Shown piece after piece: positions 48,641 to 59,007 of a stretch of DNA of 64,000 bases. The position numbers and the translations under genes are program-made. Source of the DNA: Candidatus Aenigmatarchaeota archaeon (GTDB lineage Archaea; Aenigmatarchaeota; Aenigmatarchaeia; CG10238-14; SCSR01). Below the pieces are notes generated by a model, which saw nothing but the letters and a program-made list of their open reading frames with translations, did not search any database and was not told where the DNA came from. Each line of letters opens with the position of its first letter. The stretch's first letter is position 1. The stretch lies in NCBI GenBank assembly GCA_016187415.1, contig JACPJT010000007.1, positions 68,821-132,820 of the forward strand. Direction: 5' to 3'.

Positions 48641-50053
48641 ATGAACCTTAAAAGAGAGCTGTCGTATTTTGATTTGACCAACATAGTCATAGGCTCGATA
48701 GTCGGCAGCGACATTTACATAGCGTCGGCGATTACAGCCGGATTGATCGGACCGTTTTCCATTATAGTGTGGCTGGCCGCCGGAATAATTGCAATATTGA
48801 TGGCGTTGGTCTTTGCATATTCCAGCTATTACGTTCCAAAGGTCGGCGGGTCGTTCGCGTTTGTTTCCAAGGCGTTCGATGATTTTTACGGGTTTCTTGC
48901 CGGATGGAGCATGTGGATAGCGGAAGTGCTTTCATTGCCCGTTTTTGCGATTACTTTCACGAACTACCTCCAGTATTTTATTCATCTGGATTTTCTACAA
49001 GAGGTTTTGGTAAAAGGGCTGTTCCTATTCGGCTTGACCTTTGTGAATATACTCGGTGTAAAGGCTTCCGGCAAGTTGAATGATGTCTTGACTTTGCTCA
49101 AACTTTCTCCTTTATTTTTGCTTATAATTGTCGGCCTGATGTATTTCGTCAACGAACCAAATACTTTCCTGTCTAATTATTCGCCATTTACGCCGCTCGG
49201 TATCGGTAATTTCGGCACTGCGCTGGTTCTGATATTCTGGGCATATGCCGGATTTGAATTGGGCACATTGCCAGCAAGCGAAGTTAAAGATCCGAAAAGG
49301 ACTATCCCAAAGGCAATCATAACAGGCATATTGTTTGTCACATTATTCTATCTGGCTACGAATTTCGTAGTATACGGCACAATAAACTGGACCCAATTGA
49401 CAAAAACTTCAGCGCCTCTTATACTTGTCGGCACGGCGCTCTTGGGATCATTGGGTGCGGTAATAATGAGTTCCGGTGCCATGCTTTCGGTTTCGGGCTC
49501 AGACGAATCTGGCATTCTCGGCACGGCCAGACTTTCCTATGCTATGTCGATAGACGGCCTGTTCCCAAAAATCTTTGCAAAAATACATCCAAAATATGGC
49601 ACCCCTTACATGTCGCTGATTATACAGGGAATGATAGCATTTGTCGTTTCGATATTCTCAGGGATTACCGGCTTGATTTCTTTCTCAGTATTCAACTTGG
49701 CGTTCTCTTTTCTGTTGACCTGTTTTTCCCTAATTATTCTGACAAAAAATAAAGAGAAGGGTCTTCCAGGACAGAATGTCATCCCATGGATAGGAATCGT
49801 TGTATGCCTCTATTTGATTTACTCGACTTCGACATTAGACAAGATAATGGGATCCGTTTTAATCTCGTTGGGCATACCCATATATATTTTCTTTTCGCCC
49901 AAGGCGGACATCAATCATCTCAAAAGACTGTTCATATCAGAGGAGTCCATTTTCAGCAGAAGATTGGAAAGAAAAGAGAAGTTTCTGGCAAATTTTGTAA
50001 TATGGATTAACGAGTTGTATAGAAAATTAAGATTGTTATTTGGAAGGCCCTAG
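48641..50053 (+). CDS. APC-family amino acid permease
   Basis: LKRELS, GSIVGSDIY, WAYAGFE, EVKDPKRTIPKAI; ~12 TMs. Confidence 0.93.
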   Translation: MNLKRELSYFDLTNIVIGSIVGSDIYIASAITAGLIGPFSIIVWLAAGIIAILMALVFAYSSYYVPKVGGSFAFVSKAFDDFYGFLAGWSMWIAEVLSLPVFAITFTNYLQYFIHLDFLQEVLVKGLFLFGLTFVNILGVKASGKLNDVLTLLKLSPLFLLIIVGLMYFVNEPNTFLSNYSPFTPLGIGNFGTALVLIFWAYAGFELGTLPASEVKDPKRTIPKAIITGILFVTLFYLATNFVVYGTINWTQLTKTSAPLILVGTALLGSLGAVIMSSGAMLSVSGSDESGILGTARLSYAMSIDGLFPKIFAKIHPKYGTPYMSLIIQGMIAFVVSIFSGITGLISFSVFNLAFSFLLTCFSLIILTKNKEKGLPGQNVIPWIGIVVCLYLIYSTSTLDKIMGSVLISLGIPIYIFFSPKADINHLKRLFISEESIFSRRLERKEKFLANFVIWINELYRKLRLLFGRP

Positions 50054-50782
50054 GAAATAATTCAAGGCATCCTGTACATTTGAAACCTCCTTGACCTCGA
50101 TACCAATATCTTTTGATATATCCAATTTCTGCGGTTTGTATTCTGTTGTGCACAAAGTGACCGGCCCTATCTGTTCGCACTTCTTTTCAGGAACATAATT
50201 CACTTGACTTCCCTGCCCTACGGGAACTAGAAACAGTTTGGTTCCGACGTCTTTTGCCGCCTTCGCTTTCGCAAACACAGCGCCAATAGGGCCCACTGTT
50301 CCGTCGGGATTGATAGTTCCAGTTATCATCACATCATGCGATAGTGTTTTGTTCTCCAAGACAGCCACAGTTGCAACAGTAAGTGCGGCGCCCGCCGAAC
50401 CTCCCTCTATCAATGAGGCATCGGTTTCAATTGTGTATATCAGATCGATTTTCGATAAATCGGCGCCTGTGATGTTTTGTGCCACTCTTTCGGCAGTCCT
50501 GATGGAGTATTGCGTATCCACCCAGAAGAAAATATTGTCTATGTTAGTCAGTAACCTTCCTTCACCTGGTATAGCCTGCACTTTCAGCTTCGCGATAACG
50601 CCATTGCCTTGATTGTCGACAGCTGGAAGATTAATAGTCGCACTGTTTATAAGAATATTCCTTTGTTGTAAACTGTTGTTGGATTGCGATACCTGTGCGG
50701 GTCTGATAGCTGAGAACACAGACACAAGTATCAGGAATGATAAAATCACTATTCCAAACCCGATGACAAAATCTCTTTTCAT
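50036..50782 (-). CDS. Membrane-anchored S16 (Lon C-terminal type) serine protease without ATPase
   Basis: EGGSAGAAL, TGTINPDGTVGPIGAVFAK. Confidence 0.88.
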   Translation of the reverse strand: MKRDFVIGFGIVILSFLILVSVFSAIRPAQVSQSNNSLQQRNILINSATINLPAVDNQGNGVIAKLKVQAIPGEGRLLTNIDNIFFWVDTQYSIRTAERVAQNITGADLSKIDLIYTIETDASLIEGGSAGAALTVATVAVLENKTLSHDVMITGTINPDGTVGPIGAVFAKAKAAKDVGTKLFLVPVGQGSQVNYVPEKKCEQIGPVTLCTTEYKPQKLDISKDIGIEVKEVSNVQDALNYFLGPSK

Positions 50783-50805
50783 ATTTCACCTTCTATAAGT
50801 AAGAT

Positions 50806-51070
50806 AGGAGCTCGCTCTGGTCGATATAATATCATAAGGTAGTTTTACCAATTACTCTTCTCCATCATGTTTTTCTCAAACATGGCATATATAACTTACT
50901 GATGCTTCCTTCCGGATCTGTCAGGTTTTATTATACACGCCACTCTGAGAGACACGACTTCTCAGTCGAGCAACTGGACTAACTTACAATACCATACCTT
51001 CCAGAGCTGTCGCCGCGCCGTGAACCGGATTTGCGCTTTAGGGAGCCGGTAGTTCCCCAGCCAAGCTCCT
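50806..51070 (-). ncRNA. ffs: Signal recognition particle (7S) RNA
   Basis: Helix-8 motif CAGATCCGGAAGGAAGCA; terminal AGGAGCT/AGCTCCT pairing; Alu-like 5' end; no ORF. Confidence 0.88.
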
Positions 51071-51095
51071 GTAAACAATAAAACAGTAATCTAAT

Positions 51096-52256
51096 TTAAA
51101 GCTTTGTTAAACTATTTTCTATCCTATCAAGAGCCTGTTCAATCTTTTCGTAAGCGGTGGCGTAGCTTAATCTCAAATAACCCTCGCCATATTTTCCGAA
51201 TTCTGTACCGGGTATAGTGACAACTTTGGCTTTTTTCAAAAGAAAATCTGCTAATTTTCCGGAAGACATTTTAAAACTTCTGATGTTTGGGAATGCATAA
51301 AATGCGCCTTTCGGATTTGTACAACTGATACCATGGATTTTGTTTAGCCTCTTTACAATCATTTTCCTTCTCCTATCATATTCTTTCAGCATCGTTTTTG
51401 TGTAAGATGATGAGTTTTTCAGAGCTTCTATTCCAGCCAATTGTGAAAATGTCGGCGCCGATAACGTTGTGCATACTTTAAACTCTTTCATCTCTTTGAT
51501 AATTCTTTCATCAGCAACCGCATACCCGACTCTAAAGCCGCACATCGCATAGGTCTTTGAAAAACTCTGGATAGTTATTACCTTTTCATCCATGCCATTA
51601 AAACTGCCAATGCTGATATGCTTGGATCCATCATAAGTTAATTTTTCATATGCTTCATCAGATATTATTGTAAGATTTTTATCAACGGCTATGTCGGCTA
51701 TTTCTTCCAAAACATTTTTGGATAAGACAGTCCCGGTCGGGTTCGATGGTGTATTAATCACCAAAACTTTTGTCTTTTTTGTAATCAATTTCCGTAAAAC
51801 ATCAGGATGAATTTCAAAACAGTCGCTCTCTTTTAATGGAAGTGGTTTCGATATACCGCCAATCAATTCAACTATCGGCCTGTATGCGACATATCCCGGA
51901 TCTGGTACAATGGCTTCTTCCCGCGGGTTTAGCATCGTCAATATCGAAAGCAGTATCGCTTCTTTGGAGCCGCATGTTATTATTATTCGATCAGAGTTTG
52001 AATTTATTCCATTGTCCCTTTTTAATTTTTTAACGAGCTCTTCCCTCAGTTCATGCCTTCCCTGAAGCGGGGAATAGTGCGTATACCCCTTTTCAAGAAA
52101 ATTTTCTGCAGACTTGACAACATTCGGCGGCGCCGGAAAATCTGGCTCGCCCGCCCCCAGCGAAATTATTTCTGGATGCTCCTCAATTATCCGCAAACTC
52201 TGTTCGATTTTTGTCTCTTCAATCACTTTTATTCGATCAGCGAACTTTATTTTCAT
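51096..52256 (-). CDS. Class I/II PLP-dependent aminotransferase
   Basis: GEPDF, NTPSNPTG, SDEAY, SFSKTYAMCGFRVG, RLSYA. Confidence 0.95.
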   Translation of the reverse strand: MKIKFADRIKVIEETKIEQSLRIIEEHPEIISLGAGEPDFPAPPNVVKSAENFLEKGYTHYSPLQGRHELREELVKKLKRDNGINSNSDRIIITCGSKEAILLSILTMLNPREEAIVPDPGYVAYRPIVELIGGISKPLPLKESDCFEIHPDVLRKLITKKTKVLVINTPSNPTGTVLSKNVLEEIADIAVDKNLTIISDEAYEKLTYDGSKHISIGSFNGMDEKVITIQSFSKTYAMCGFRVGYAVADERIIKEMKEFKVCTTLSAPTFSQLAGIEALKNSSSYTKTMLKEYDRRRKMIVKRLNKIHGISCTNPKGAFYAFPNIRSFKMSSGKLADFLLKKAKVVTIPGTEFGKYGEGYLRLSYATAYEKIEQALDRIENSLTKL

Positions 52257-52353
52257 TAAAAATGACTTGAATTTGCATAAAAATAAAATTTTCTCGAACC
52301 ATAAACGTTTATATACTTACTACGCACAAGAGATAGAATAGGTGAAAATCTCA

Positions 52354-52443
52354 ATGGAAGACGACCTGAACGACTCAGAATTCGCTGACGACGAATTTTC
52401 TGACGATGACGCGTTTCTTGGCGAAGAATCAGACGATTTCTAA
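52354..52443 (+). CDS. 29-aa highly acidic micro-protein (absent from the ORF track)
   Basis: MEDDLNDSEFADDEFSDDDAFLGEESDDF*; TTTATATA box ~52308, GGTGA SD at 52341, T-rich tract after the stop. Confidence 0.6.
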   Translation: MEDDLNDSEFADDEFSDDDAFLGEESDDF

Positions 52444-52445
52444 AA

Positions 52446-52475
52446 TTTCTTCTTTTTCTTTCTTCTTTTTCTATT
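52446..52475 (+). terminator. Oligo-T/pyrimidine tract, archaeal-type terminator
   Basis: TTTCTTCTTTTTCTTTCTTCTTTTT directly after the micro-ORF stop. Confidence 0.5.
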
Positions 52476-52490
52476 CTACAGATGATATTT

Positions 52491-53861
52491 CTATTCACTA
52501 AGGTCGACCAACGGTTTGTTGCTCGTTGTATTCACACCGTCGTTCTTGATAACGATATTATGATCGCCAGGGCCGAATCTTGTTGAATTTGTGATGTCTA
52601 TTCTTTGATACGGAATAACGAATCTTATTTTCACCGGTCCGGATTTCAGTTTTACATTATCAAAGTAATTTGTTCCGGGTGAAGAGAGAACTATAGTTTC
52701 ATTGGCTGCGTTGGCTATATTCGGGATTTCTCCAGATGTTGTGATTTTTTTTATCGAGGTTTCGTATAAGAATGCAATTTCAGTGGCTGTCAGCGACCTA
52801 TTCCATATCATAACCTCGTCTATAGTGCCGTTGAAAAAACTTCCAGTACCATCGGTAGATCCGATTACGATGTTGGTTGCGTTAGTCATCATACTACCAG
52901 ATCTTGAGGAAGAACTGACCGATACACCATTTTTATATAGAGTTAATGTGGTTCCGTTATATGTGCATGCAAAATGGATCCATGTATCATTTTCGAAACT
53001 TGTACTTGTACGAGGCTCTCCAACGTTACTCGAATTAGTTATGAAGCACGAAAACCTTGGACTTTCACCGACAGGATTAAGCCTTAACAGATAATCACCA
53101 AGTTTGCTGATAACTCGCCCTTCTGCATTCATATCAGTTCCTTTAACCCACGCCATCATGGTTATTGTATTGGTTATATTGAGAGTACTTGGAGTTCCTA
53201 CGTCTGTGTAATCCCCAACGCCATCATAATTTGTTGCGTTGCCAAAATTCCCTGTTACCCAACTTGGGCATGCGTTATTTGTGAAACATGCAGCCACAGT
53301 CGCATTTTTTAATGTACCGTTGTTCCTATAACCAGAGTAATCGTATGCTGTTGCTATGGAAGTGTTTATATTTCCATCAAACGGTAAAAATAAAACCAAA
53401 TCTCGCGGCTCACCCGGTACAAGATAAATCTGGCCTTTAGGATCCGTCGAAGGTATTACATCAGCTGATAATTGGAAGTTGGAAATATTACCTTCAGCAT
53501 ACCGGTTGAAATATTCCAGAAACGTGGGACTGGTTTCTATTTTCACATCGCCAGAAAAACCATCTAGAATAGTTCTTGTTCGGGGCGTATAGTCCAGATA
53601 AACCCAATCGTTTCCAGGATCCGTTCTCAACACGCCCTCTGTAATCTTAAGATGTATTGTCCTTTTTGATCCCTGTGCTTCCGATGCGACTGCTTTGACT
53701 GCAGAATCTATCAATTGCATGTTTTGCGTAGCTTCGTTGACTATACCGGCGTCTTTTGCCCTGTCGAGCATGGGATTTATGACCACCAGTACAATCGCCA
53801 TCGCCGCAAAGCCGAACGCTATAACCAGCACCATTGATATGAGCGGTGACAATCCTTTCAT
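52491..53861 (-). CDS. Pilin-like protein with LamG domain
   Basis: MKG|LSPLISMVLVIAFG; DYSGYRNNGT, WIHFACTY, FNGTIDEVMIWNRSL. Confidence 0.85.
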   Translation of the reverse strand: MKGLSPLISMVLVIAFGFAAMAIVLVVINPMLDRAKDAGIVNEATQNMQLIDSAVKAVASEAQGSKRTIHLKITEGVLRTDPGNDWVYLDYTPRTRTILDGFSGDVKIETSPTFLEYFNRYAEGNISNFQLSADVIPSTDPKGQIYLVPGEPRDLVLFLPFDGNINTSIATAYDYSGYRNNGTLKNATVAACFTNNACPSWVTGNFGNATNYDGVGDYTDVGTPSTLNITNTITMMAWVKGTDMNAEGRVISKLGDYLLRLNPVGESPRFSCFITNSSNVGEPRTSTSFENDTWIHFACTYNGTTLTLYKNGVSVSSSSRSGSMMTNATNIVIGSTDGTGSFFNGTIDEVMIWNRSLTATEIAFLYETSIKKITTSGEIPNIANAANETIVLSSPGTNYFDNVKLKSGPVKIRFVIPYQRIDITNSTRFGPGDHNIVIKNDGVNTTSNKPLVDLSE

Positions 53862-53896
53862 GGATTTAAATTTGGATTCAGTCGAAATAAAGGCGT

Positions 53897-54514
53897 TCAT
53901 GATATTTTCACATTTTGTTGAAATTTATTTACATGCACGGCGCGCAAGCTAATCAGTCTGATATCAAAGAATCCAGTGTACGTGTCTTTATTGTTTCTTG
54001 TCTGTACCGTAATATTTTCTTCGTAATTCTCGGTTGGCAAGGTCACAGTCAGGTTGTAAGTCTGGCCGTTTGTGAATGTAAAATTATTGATCCAGATGCC
54101 GCTATCATTCAATAGTGTGGAATTTGTCTGTACAACAGACGTGTTCAGTTTGATGGTAACGTTTAGGTTTGTCTTTTCCAGAAAGTTGAAAATTGTTATG
54201 TTCATTGTCTGGTTTGTCGAGTTTGCAAGCACACCAACATATAACGCACTGAAATCCAGTGAATGCCGGTTGCTCCCAGTTCTGGTGAAATTCAGAAAAT
54301 CTATGGAGTGATCCAGTATGGTCTGCGGATTTGTTATCGACGTTTGAATTATTTCCTTTATCTCATTGTTCGTGTTTGCAAATACAGAATCTTCCAGCGA
54401 CACATCCAAAATATCCCTTTCAGTGGAAATCTGGGATATTATTGAATAAGCTTTCAGTGCAACGAGTGCTCCTATGATGATGACTGCAGTCAGTAAAAGC
54501 ACCTGTGCCTTCAT
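53897..54514 (-). CDS. Pilin-like protein
   Basis: MKA|QVLLLTAVIIIG. Confidence 0.7.
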   Translation of the reverse strand: MKAQVLLLTAVIIIGALVALKAYSIISQISTERDILDVSLEDSVFANTNNEIKEIIQTSITNPQTILDHSIDFLNFTRTGSNRHSLDFSALYVGVLANSTNQTMNITIFNFLEKTNLNVTIKLNTSVVQTNSTLLNDSGIWINNFTFTNGQTYNLTVTLPTENYEENITVQTRNNKDTYTGFFDIRLISLRAVHVNKFQQNVKIS

Positions 54515-54909
54515 TCAAATCCCCACACATGAACTCTGATTTCTTTCGGAGTATAGTTGCCGATGTCACCAACGATGTAGTAGCTGACGCCCACTATGTC
54601 TGCCGCCTGATCGGTGACCTCGGCAGTCAGATTGTTAAATGATTTATTGTAAATTGCAACATTCAACTGGAGAGTCACAGGCAGGAACCCAGCCAGATCA
54701 CTTTTAATTCCAGTTGCGTTGTTGTTCAATACTTGGTCCCTCAAAGACCCTTTGGCTCCCAACGTGTCCAATGCTTTGTACACATCCGTCTTAATATTTG
54801 CCCTGTCTATTTCCGTGTTTCTTTGCGGTGTCATGAAAAGCAAAAAGAAAAATGTGACTATCATTACGATTGCAACCGCTGCTTCAATTGTGTAATATGT
54901 GCCCTTCAT
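54511..54909 (-). CDS. Pilin-like protein
   Basis: MKG|TYYTIEAAVAIVMI. Confidence 0.72.
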   Translation of the reverse strand: MKGTYYTIEAAVAIVMIVTFFFLLFMTPQRNTEIDRANIKTDVYKALDTLGAKGSLRDQVLNNNATGIKSDLAGFLPVTLQLNVAIYNKSFNNLTAEVTDQAADIVGVSYYIVGDIGNYTPKEIRVHVWGFE

Positions 54910-56174
54910 TTTTGTGTAACCTCGACCCTAAAATCAAAGTCATTGCCTAAAATCGCTTTTACCTCTTTGTAATCACGCGAAGTTAAATTCTGCAACTTTG
55001 CCGCTGATATAGCTGTCACATTCTCTGCCGGGAATGACGTTACTGTTAGAAGTGTGGCATTCGCGACTGAAGCAATTTCAGCTGTTGTCAAAGTTTTATT
55101 ATAGATTCTGACATCATCTATTGTTCCGTTGAAATATTCAGTTGGAGAGATTCTTGTTCCTATATTTGCCGTACCACTCCCTGTATTTATTGAAAACCCT
55201 CTTGTATCGAGCAATACACCATCCAAATATGTGGACGCACTAGTTCCATCAAATGTTACCAGGACATGATGCCACTTCCCATCGTTAACTGTGGCTGTTA
55301 CAGTGTATTGTGGTGATCCCCATGAAGAAACAAAAATCGCGGCGCCCGACACACCGACTGTAAATGCTTCACCAGTGGCGGTATTGCCATACGAAACTAT
55401 TTCACCCAATCCTGACATTGTTGTGTTCACCCAAGCCGCAACAGTTCTTGGCGTAGTCCCTATCGGTAAGTTTGTTGTACCACCCGTTATACTAACGTAG
55501 TCGTCTAAACCATCGAACTTTAAGCAGCTGCCAGACTTGCAATTAGTTCCGTTGAACCACCCCGATGAAGAATTGAAATCAAAATTGGTCAAAGTTCCGT
55601 TATTCTGATAGCCGGAAGAATCCTTAGCCACAGTGCCGCCCGCCTCATCAAATTTCCAATATCCCTCGCGTGTTATATTGTGGTTTGGCGCGCTTGTGTT
55701 AGTGTTGTTTATGGAATACACGTAAACTTTCTTATTTTCATTGGCAGAGATGTTTACAATGAAGCTTACTATGGACGTGTTCAGCCACTGCCCGCTGCAA
55801 AATTCTTGATAAGAAATTTTTGATGGCAATTCATTGAATTGCTGGTCATAAACCCTGACTGTATTGTTCCACGACATTAATTTGTTGCATAGGTCATCGA
55901 ATGCCACGCTTAGAGAAACAATCTCATTCACCCTGTTGGTCCCGTTAGTTTCCTGCAAGAGAAGAGGTATTCTGTATAAATCCGTGGTCACTCTTTCGTT
56001 GGTTGGGATGCCGCTGCTGCCGAAAAGTATGTCGAATAAACTTTTCGTTTTGTCCCTGAGTTCGATAATCGTCACGGATTCGGGTGTTCGTGTGAAATAA
56101 TTTATGGTGGACACCAGCACAAGTGCCACAAAAATTAAGAAGACGGATATTGCAACTATGAATGAAATGTCCAT
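54906..56174 (-). CDS. Membrane-anchored LamG domain protein
   Basis: GYWKFDE...DSSG, DGKWHHV, FNGTIDDVRIYN. Confidence 0.85.
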   Translation of the reverse strand: MDISFIVAISVFLIFVALVLVSTINYFTRTPESVTIIELRDKTKSLFDILFGSSGIPTNERVTTDLYRIPLLLQETNGTNRVNEIVSLSVAFDDLCNKLMSWNNTVRVYDQQFNELPSKISYQEFCSGQWLNTSIVSFIVNISANENKKVYVYSINNTNTSAPNHNITREGYWKFDEAGGTVAKDSSGYQNNGTLTNFDFNSSSGWFNGTNCKSGSCLKFDGLDDYVSITGGTTNLPIGTTPRTVAAWVNTTMSGLGEIVSYGNTATGEAFTVGVSGAAIFVSSWGSPQYTVTATVNDGKWHHVLVTFDGTSASTYLDGVLLDTRGFSINTGSGTANIGTRISPTEYFNGTIDDVRIYNKTLTTAEIASVANATLLTVTSFPAENVTAISAAKLQNLTSRDYKEVKAILGNDFDFRVEVTQK

Positions 56175-56182
56175 AAATATAC

Positions 56183-58039
56183 TTATTCTCTAATAATATT
56201 TCTGCTTAGCTTGGTCCTGACTATGATTGCAATTATGATGACAATTGCCGTAATAGCCGCCAACACGGTTATTAGTATAATATAGTCGTTTGTCAAGGTA
56301 AGTGAAATTACAGGGAGTGTAATACCGCTTGTTTGGGTTGTCTTTTCATTCTCTATGCCAGTTATGCCTGTCGACGGATTGCCGGTGCTTGAACTAGATC
56401 CGCTATTTACAGTAGCATTATTAGACGGGCTGCTGCTGGCCGATGAAGAAGCCCCGGCAAGATTGACTACACTGATGTTCTTGGATTCCACATCTATATT
56501 TCCCGCTTTGTCCTCAGCCGATATGCTAAGAGTGTATCTGCCATCATTCAGTTGTCTGGAATTGAAACTGGTCGAACATAAAAAGCTTGAGGGCGTCTGG
56601 GGAGTGCATGTCATATTTCCAGCGAAGGAACTGAGAATAAAGCCAACTCTGCTTTGATTCAGATTAACGTCGATTATACTAGCTGTTATTGTAAAATCTC
56701 CGCTGACATCCGAAACAGGTTCTGTAATTGTCACTTTCGGTTTTGTATTATCGATGACAGCTGTAATAGTTGAAAAGATGTCGGAGTTAAGATTGTTTAT
56801 AGCCCTAGCTCTTATTGTATAACCGCCGTCAGCGAAAGTGATTGTATCAAGCGGATATGAGCAACTGGTGAAATTTATATCGCATGTCATATTCTTAGTT
56901 ATATTATTTCCAGGACTTTCCACAGACAATCCTACATAGTTAACAACGCCTGTATTTGCAAGAGTTGACTGGACAAGTGCAGTGCCGCCTACAACAGCAT
57001 TATTTTTGGGTTGGGTGATGGAGATGAACGGTTGCGAGTTGATGGTCCTGATGGTGACATTTGCGGACTTGGAGTTCCCGGCGTTGTCCGTCACGGTAAA
57101 CACGATTGTATGATTTCCGTCCTGTAAACTGGATGTTGGTAGCACGGCGCTGCAAGTTGAATTCTGTCTAGTGCCGGTGCATCCCAGCGAACCCGACATG
57201 CTTTCTACGTTGTATAGGACTTTAGCAAGATTCACACCAGAATAATAATCACTGACATTTGATGTCAGTTGCGCATTGCCGCTTAGTACCGTGGGTGACG
57301 GAGAGATGATTTTGATATCAGGAATTTCATTGTCGACCATCACATTAATGTTGGTCGATGCATTATTGTTTACATTGTCAGAAGCGTTTACATACAATGT
57401 CAATGTTTGATTGTTTGAAAAAATTGTAGTGTCCAGATATTTTTGGAAGCTGTTCATGCTTACATTGTTGATGGTGTTCCATTGGGAATTATCCAAGGAA
57501 TATTTAACAGTATTATTATTCACGCCCGAAGCGGCATCGGTTACTGTTATGGAGATTGTTTGATTGCCGCTGACATAGCTGTTATTGACAGGGCTTGAGA
57601 ACGAGATTACAGGAGGGTTCCTGTCCAAGGTAAATATTAGCGGGCTGGTTGAATTGCCATCATAGCCCGTTACACCGTTTGTGTCATTCGCCTGGAAATA
57701 AAACAATTCAATCGTGTCGGATCCGGCAATAGCAAATGATATAGTCTTACTGCATTTCCATTCATTGGTGGTATTCGCACACGGCATGGTATAGTTGTCC
57801 CAGCTATCCCCTTGTTGATAAGCATTCTGCGATATTATATACAGCAAAACCGAGCCGGCATTCAGACTGTTCTCTGTGATGTTGATCGAAAGCGTCTTCG
57901 TGCCGCCGCCTATGTAAACATTATTGCTTGGTTGGGGATCATGAAGCAGGGGTGTAGCATTGACCATGTTTGAAAACAATATGCTCGAAAAAAGGAAGAC
58001 AATCACCAAACACGACAATTTCATATAAGTTATTTGCAA
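56183..58039 (-). CDS. Ig-like repeat surface protein with C-terminal TM anchor
   Basis: Repeated D..P.I.I.SP and L.DG.(Y/H)T....D.AGN; signal peptide; Ser-rich linker. Confidence 0.82.
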   Translation of the reverse strand: MQITYMKLSCLVIVFLFSSILFSNMVNATPLLHDPQPSNNVYIGGGTKTLSINITENSLNAGSVLLYIISQNAYQQGDSWDNYTMPCANTTNEWKCSKTISFAIAGSDTIELFYFQANDTNGVTGYDGNSTSPLIFTLDRNPPVISFSSPVNNSYVSGNQTISITVTDAASGVNNNTVKYSLDNSQWNTINNVSMNSFQKYLDTTIFSNNQTLTLYVNASDNVNNNASTNINVMVDNEIPDIKIISPSPTVLSGNAQLTSNVSDYYSGVNLAKVLYNVESMSGSLGCTGTRQNSTCSAVLPTSSLQDGNHTIVFTVTDNAGNSKSANVTIRTINSQPFISITQPKNNAVVGGTALVQSTLANTGVVNYVGLSVESPGNNITKNMTCDINFTSCSYPLDTITFADGGYTIRARAINNLNSDIFSTITAVIDNTKPKVTITEPVSDVSGDFTITASIIDVNLNQSRVGFILSSFAGNMTCTPQTPSSFLCSTSFNSRQLNDGRYTLSISAEDKAGNIDVESKNISVVNLAGASSSASSSPSNNATVNSGSSSSTGNPSTGITGIENEKTTQTSGITLPVISLTLTNDYIILITVLAAITAIVIIIAIIVRTKLSRNIIRE

Positions 58040-58050
58040 TTGTGAATAAA

Positions 58051-58947
58051 TTACTTCCAGACACAGATCCTGACTGTGGAAACCTTTAGCGTGCCGTCTG
58101 GATTCTGGATCAATCGCGGCTCCTCATAACATGCTATATTATTGGCCGTCGTTTCTGTGGTCTTCTGCGTGCCGACCGTCTGTTTTACTGTAAACGTGGT
58201 TGAGTTGGTCCATGTTACGCTGGTTGTGGGGTCTGTCACGTTGGCAATGACTTGGTAAGGACCTATAGAGGATGGTGCAGTAAAGTTGCACGTATAGCCG
58301 CCAGTTGAATTAGTCGCAGTTGAGCATACAAGAGTGGAATTGACATATATGTTGACATCCGACGGATCGGCAGAAGTGTCTACTGCAGTGCCGTCTGATC
58401 TTGTCGCCACTCCCTGCAGGCCAACGGACTCATTCCAGATTGGCTGGGTATTATTCAGAATCATAGTTATGGTGACGTTGAATGATTCTTGGACGCACAC
58501 TTGATTGGTGTAATATCCGCATGCTCCGATATGCGTATCGTTCTGTTGATAGAACGACAAGGCGCATGTCTCCCTTGATAAGCAAGACGCTCTTATGTTG
58601 GTTACAATGGGATTACTGGCCGTTTTTGCGCACACGACATCATCATAATAATATGATGACGCTGCATGGGAATTTGCCGTCTGATACATGGAAACAAGCC
58701 GGCCTTCACCGGCGTTGCACGAGTATGTCCTAACTGTAGCGGACGTTATTTCTGTGCAGCAGATTTTGGTGGTATATTCAGAATCGCAACTGCCGACATG
58801 CGAATTGTTCTGTTGGTACACGTTGAACACACAGGTTTCTCCCCCATTGCACGTCGTCCTGAATGTGCATGTCGGTATCGCCTCGGATCCGACTGCCATT
58901 GTCAGCGAGAAAAAGAAGAAAATCAGGAGCATAAAGTAAGCTTTCAT
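58051..58947 (-). CDS. Secreted protein with three Cys/His repeats and an Ig-like domain
   Basis: Three R..C...E......YQ..(N/D)(S/T)H units. Confidence 0.72.
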   Translation of the reverse strand: MKAYFMLLIFFFFSLTMAVGSEAIPTCTFRTTCNGGETCVFNVYQQNNSHVGSCDSEYTTKICCTEITSATVRTYSCNAGEGRLVSMYQTANSHAASSYYYDDVVCAKTASNPIVTNIRASCLSRETCALSFYQQNDTHIGACGYYTNQVCVQESFNVTITMILNNTQPIWNESVGLQGVATRSDGTAVDTSADPSDVNIYVNSTLVCSTATNSTGGYTCNFTAPSSIGPYQVIANVTDPTTSVTWTNSTTFTVKQTVGTQKTTETTANNIACYEEPRLIQNPDGTLKVSTVRICVWK

Positions 58948-59007
58948 AAAATTTAATTACCGTCAGACGAAATAAGTTTATAAATCCGCAATCCAAACAA
59001 TTGTTAA

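Noticed and set aside
50806-51070. RNase P RNA or novel ncRNA
   Set aside because: SRP helix-8 motif present; no RNase P P4 signature
52256-52498. 80-aa Arg-rich minus-strand ORF
   Set aside because: Antisense shadow of the acidic micro-ORF and its T-tract
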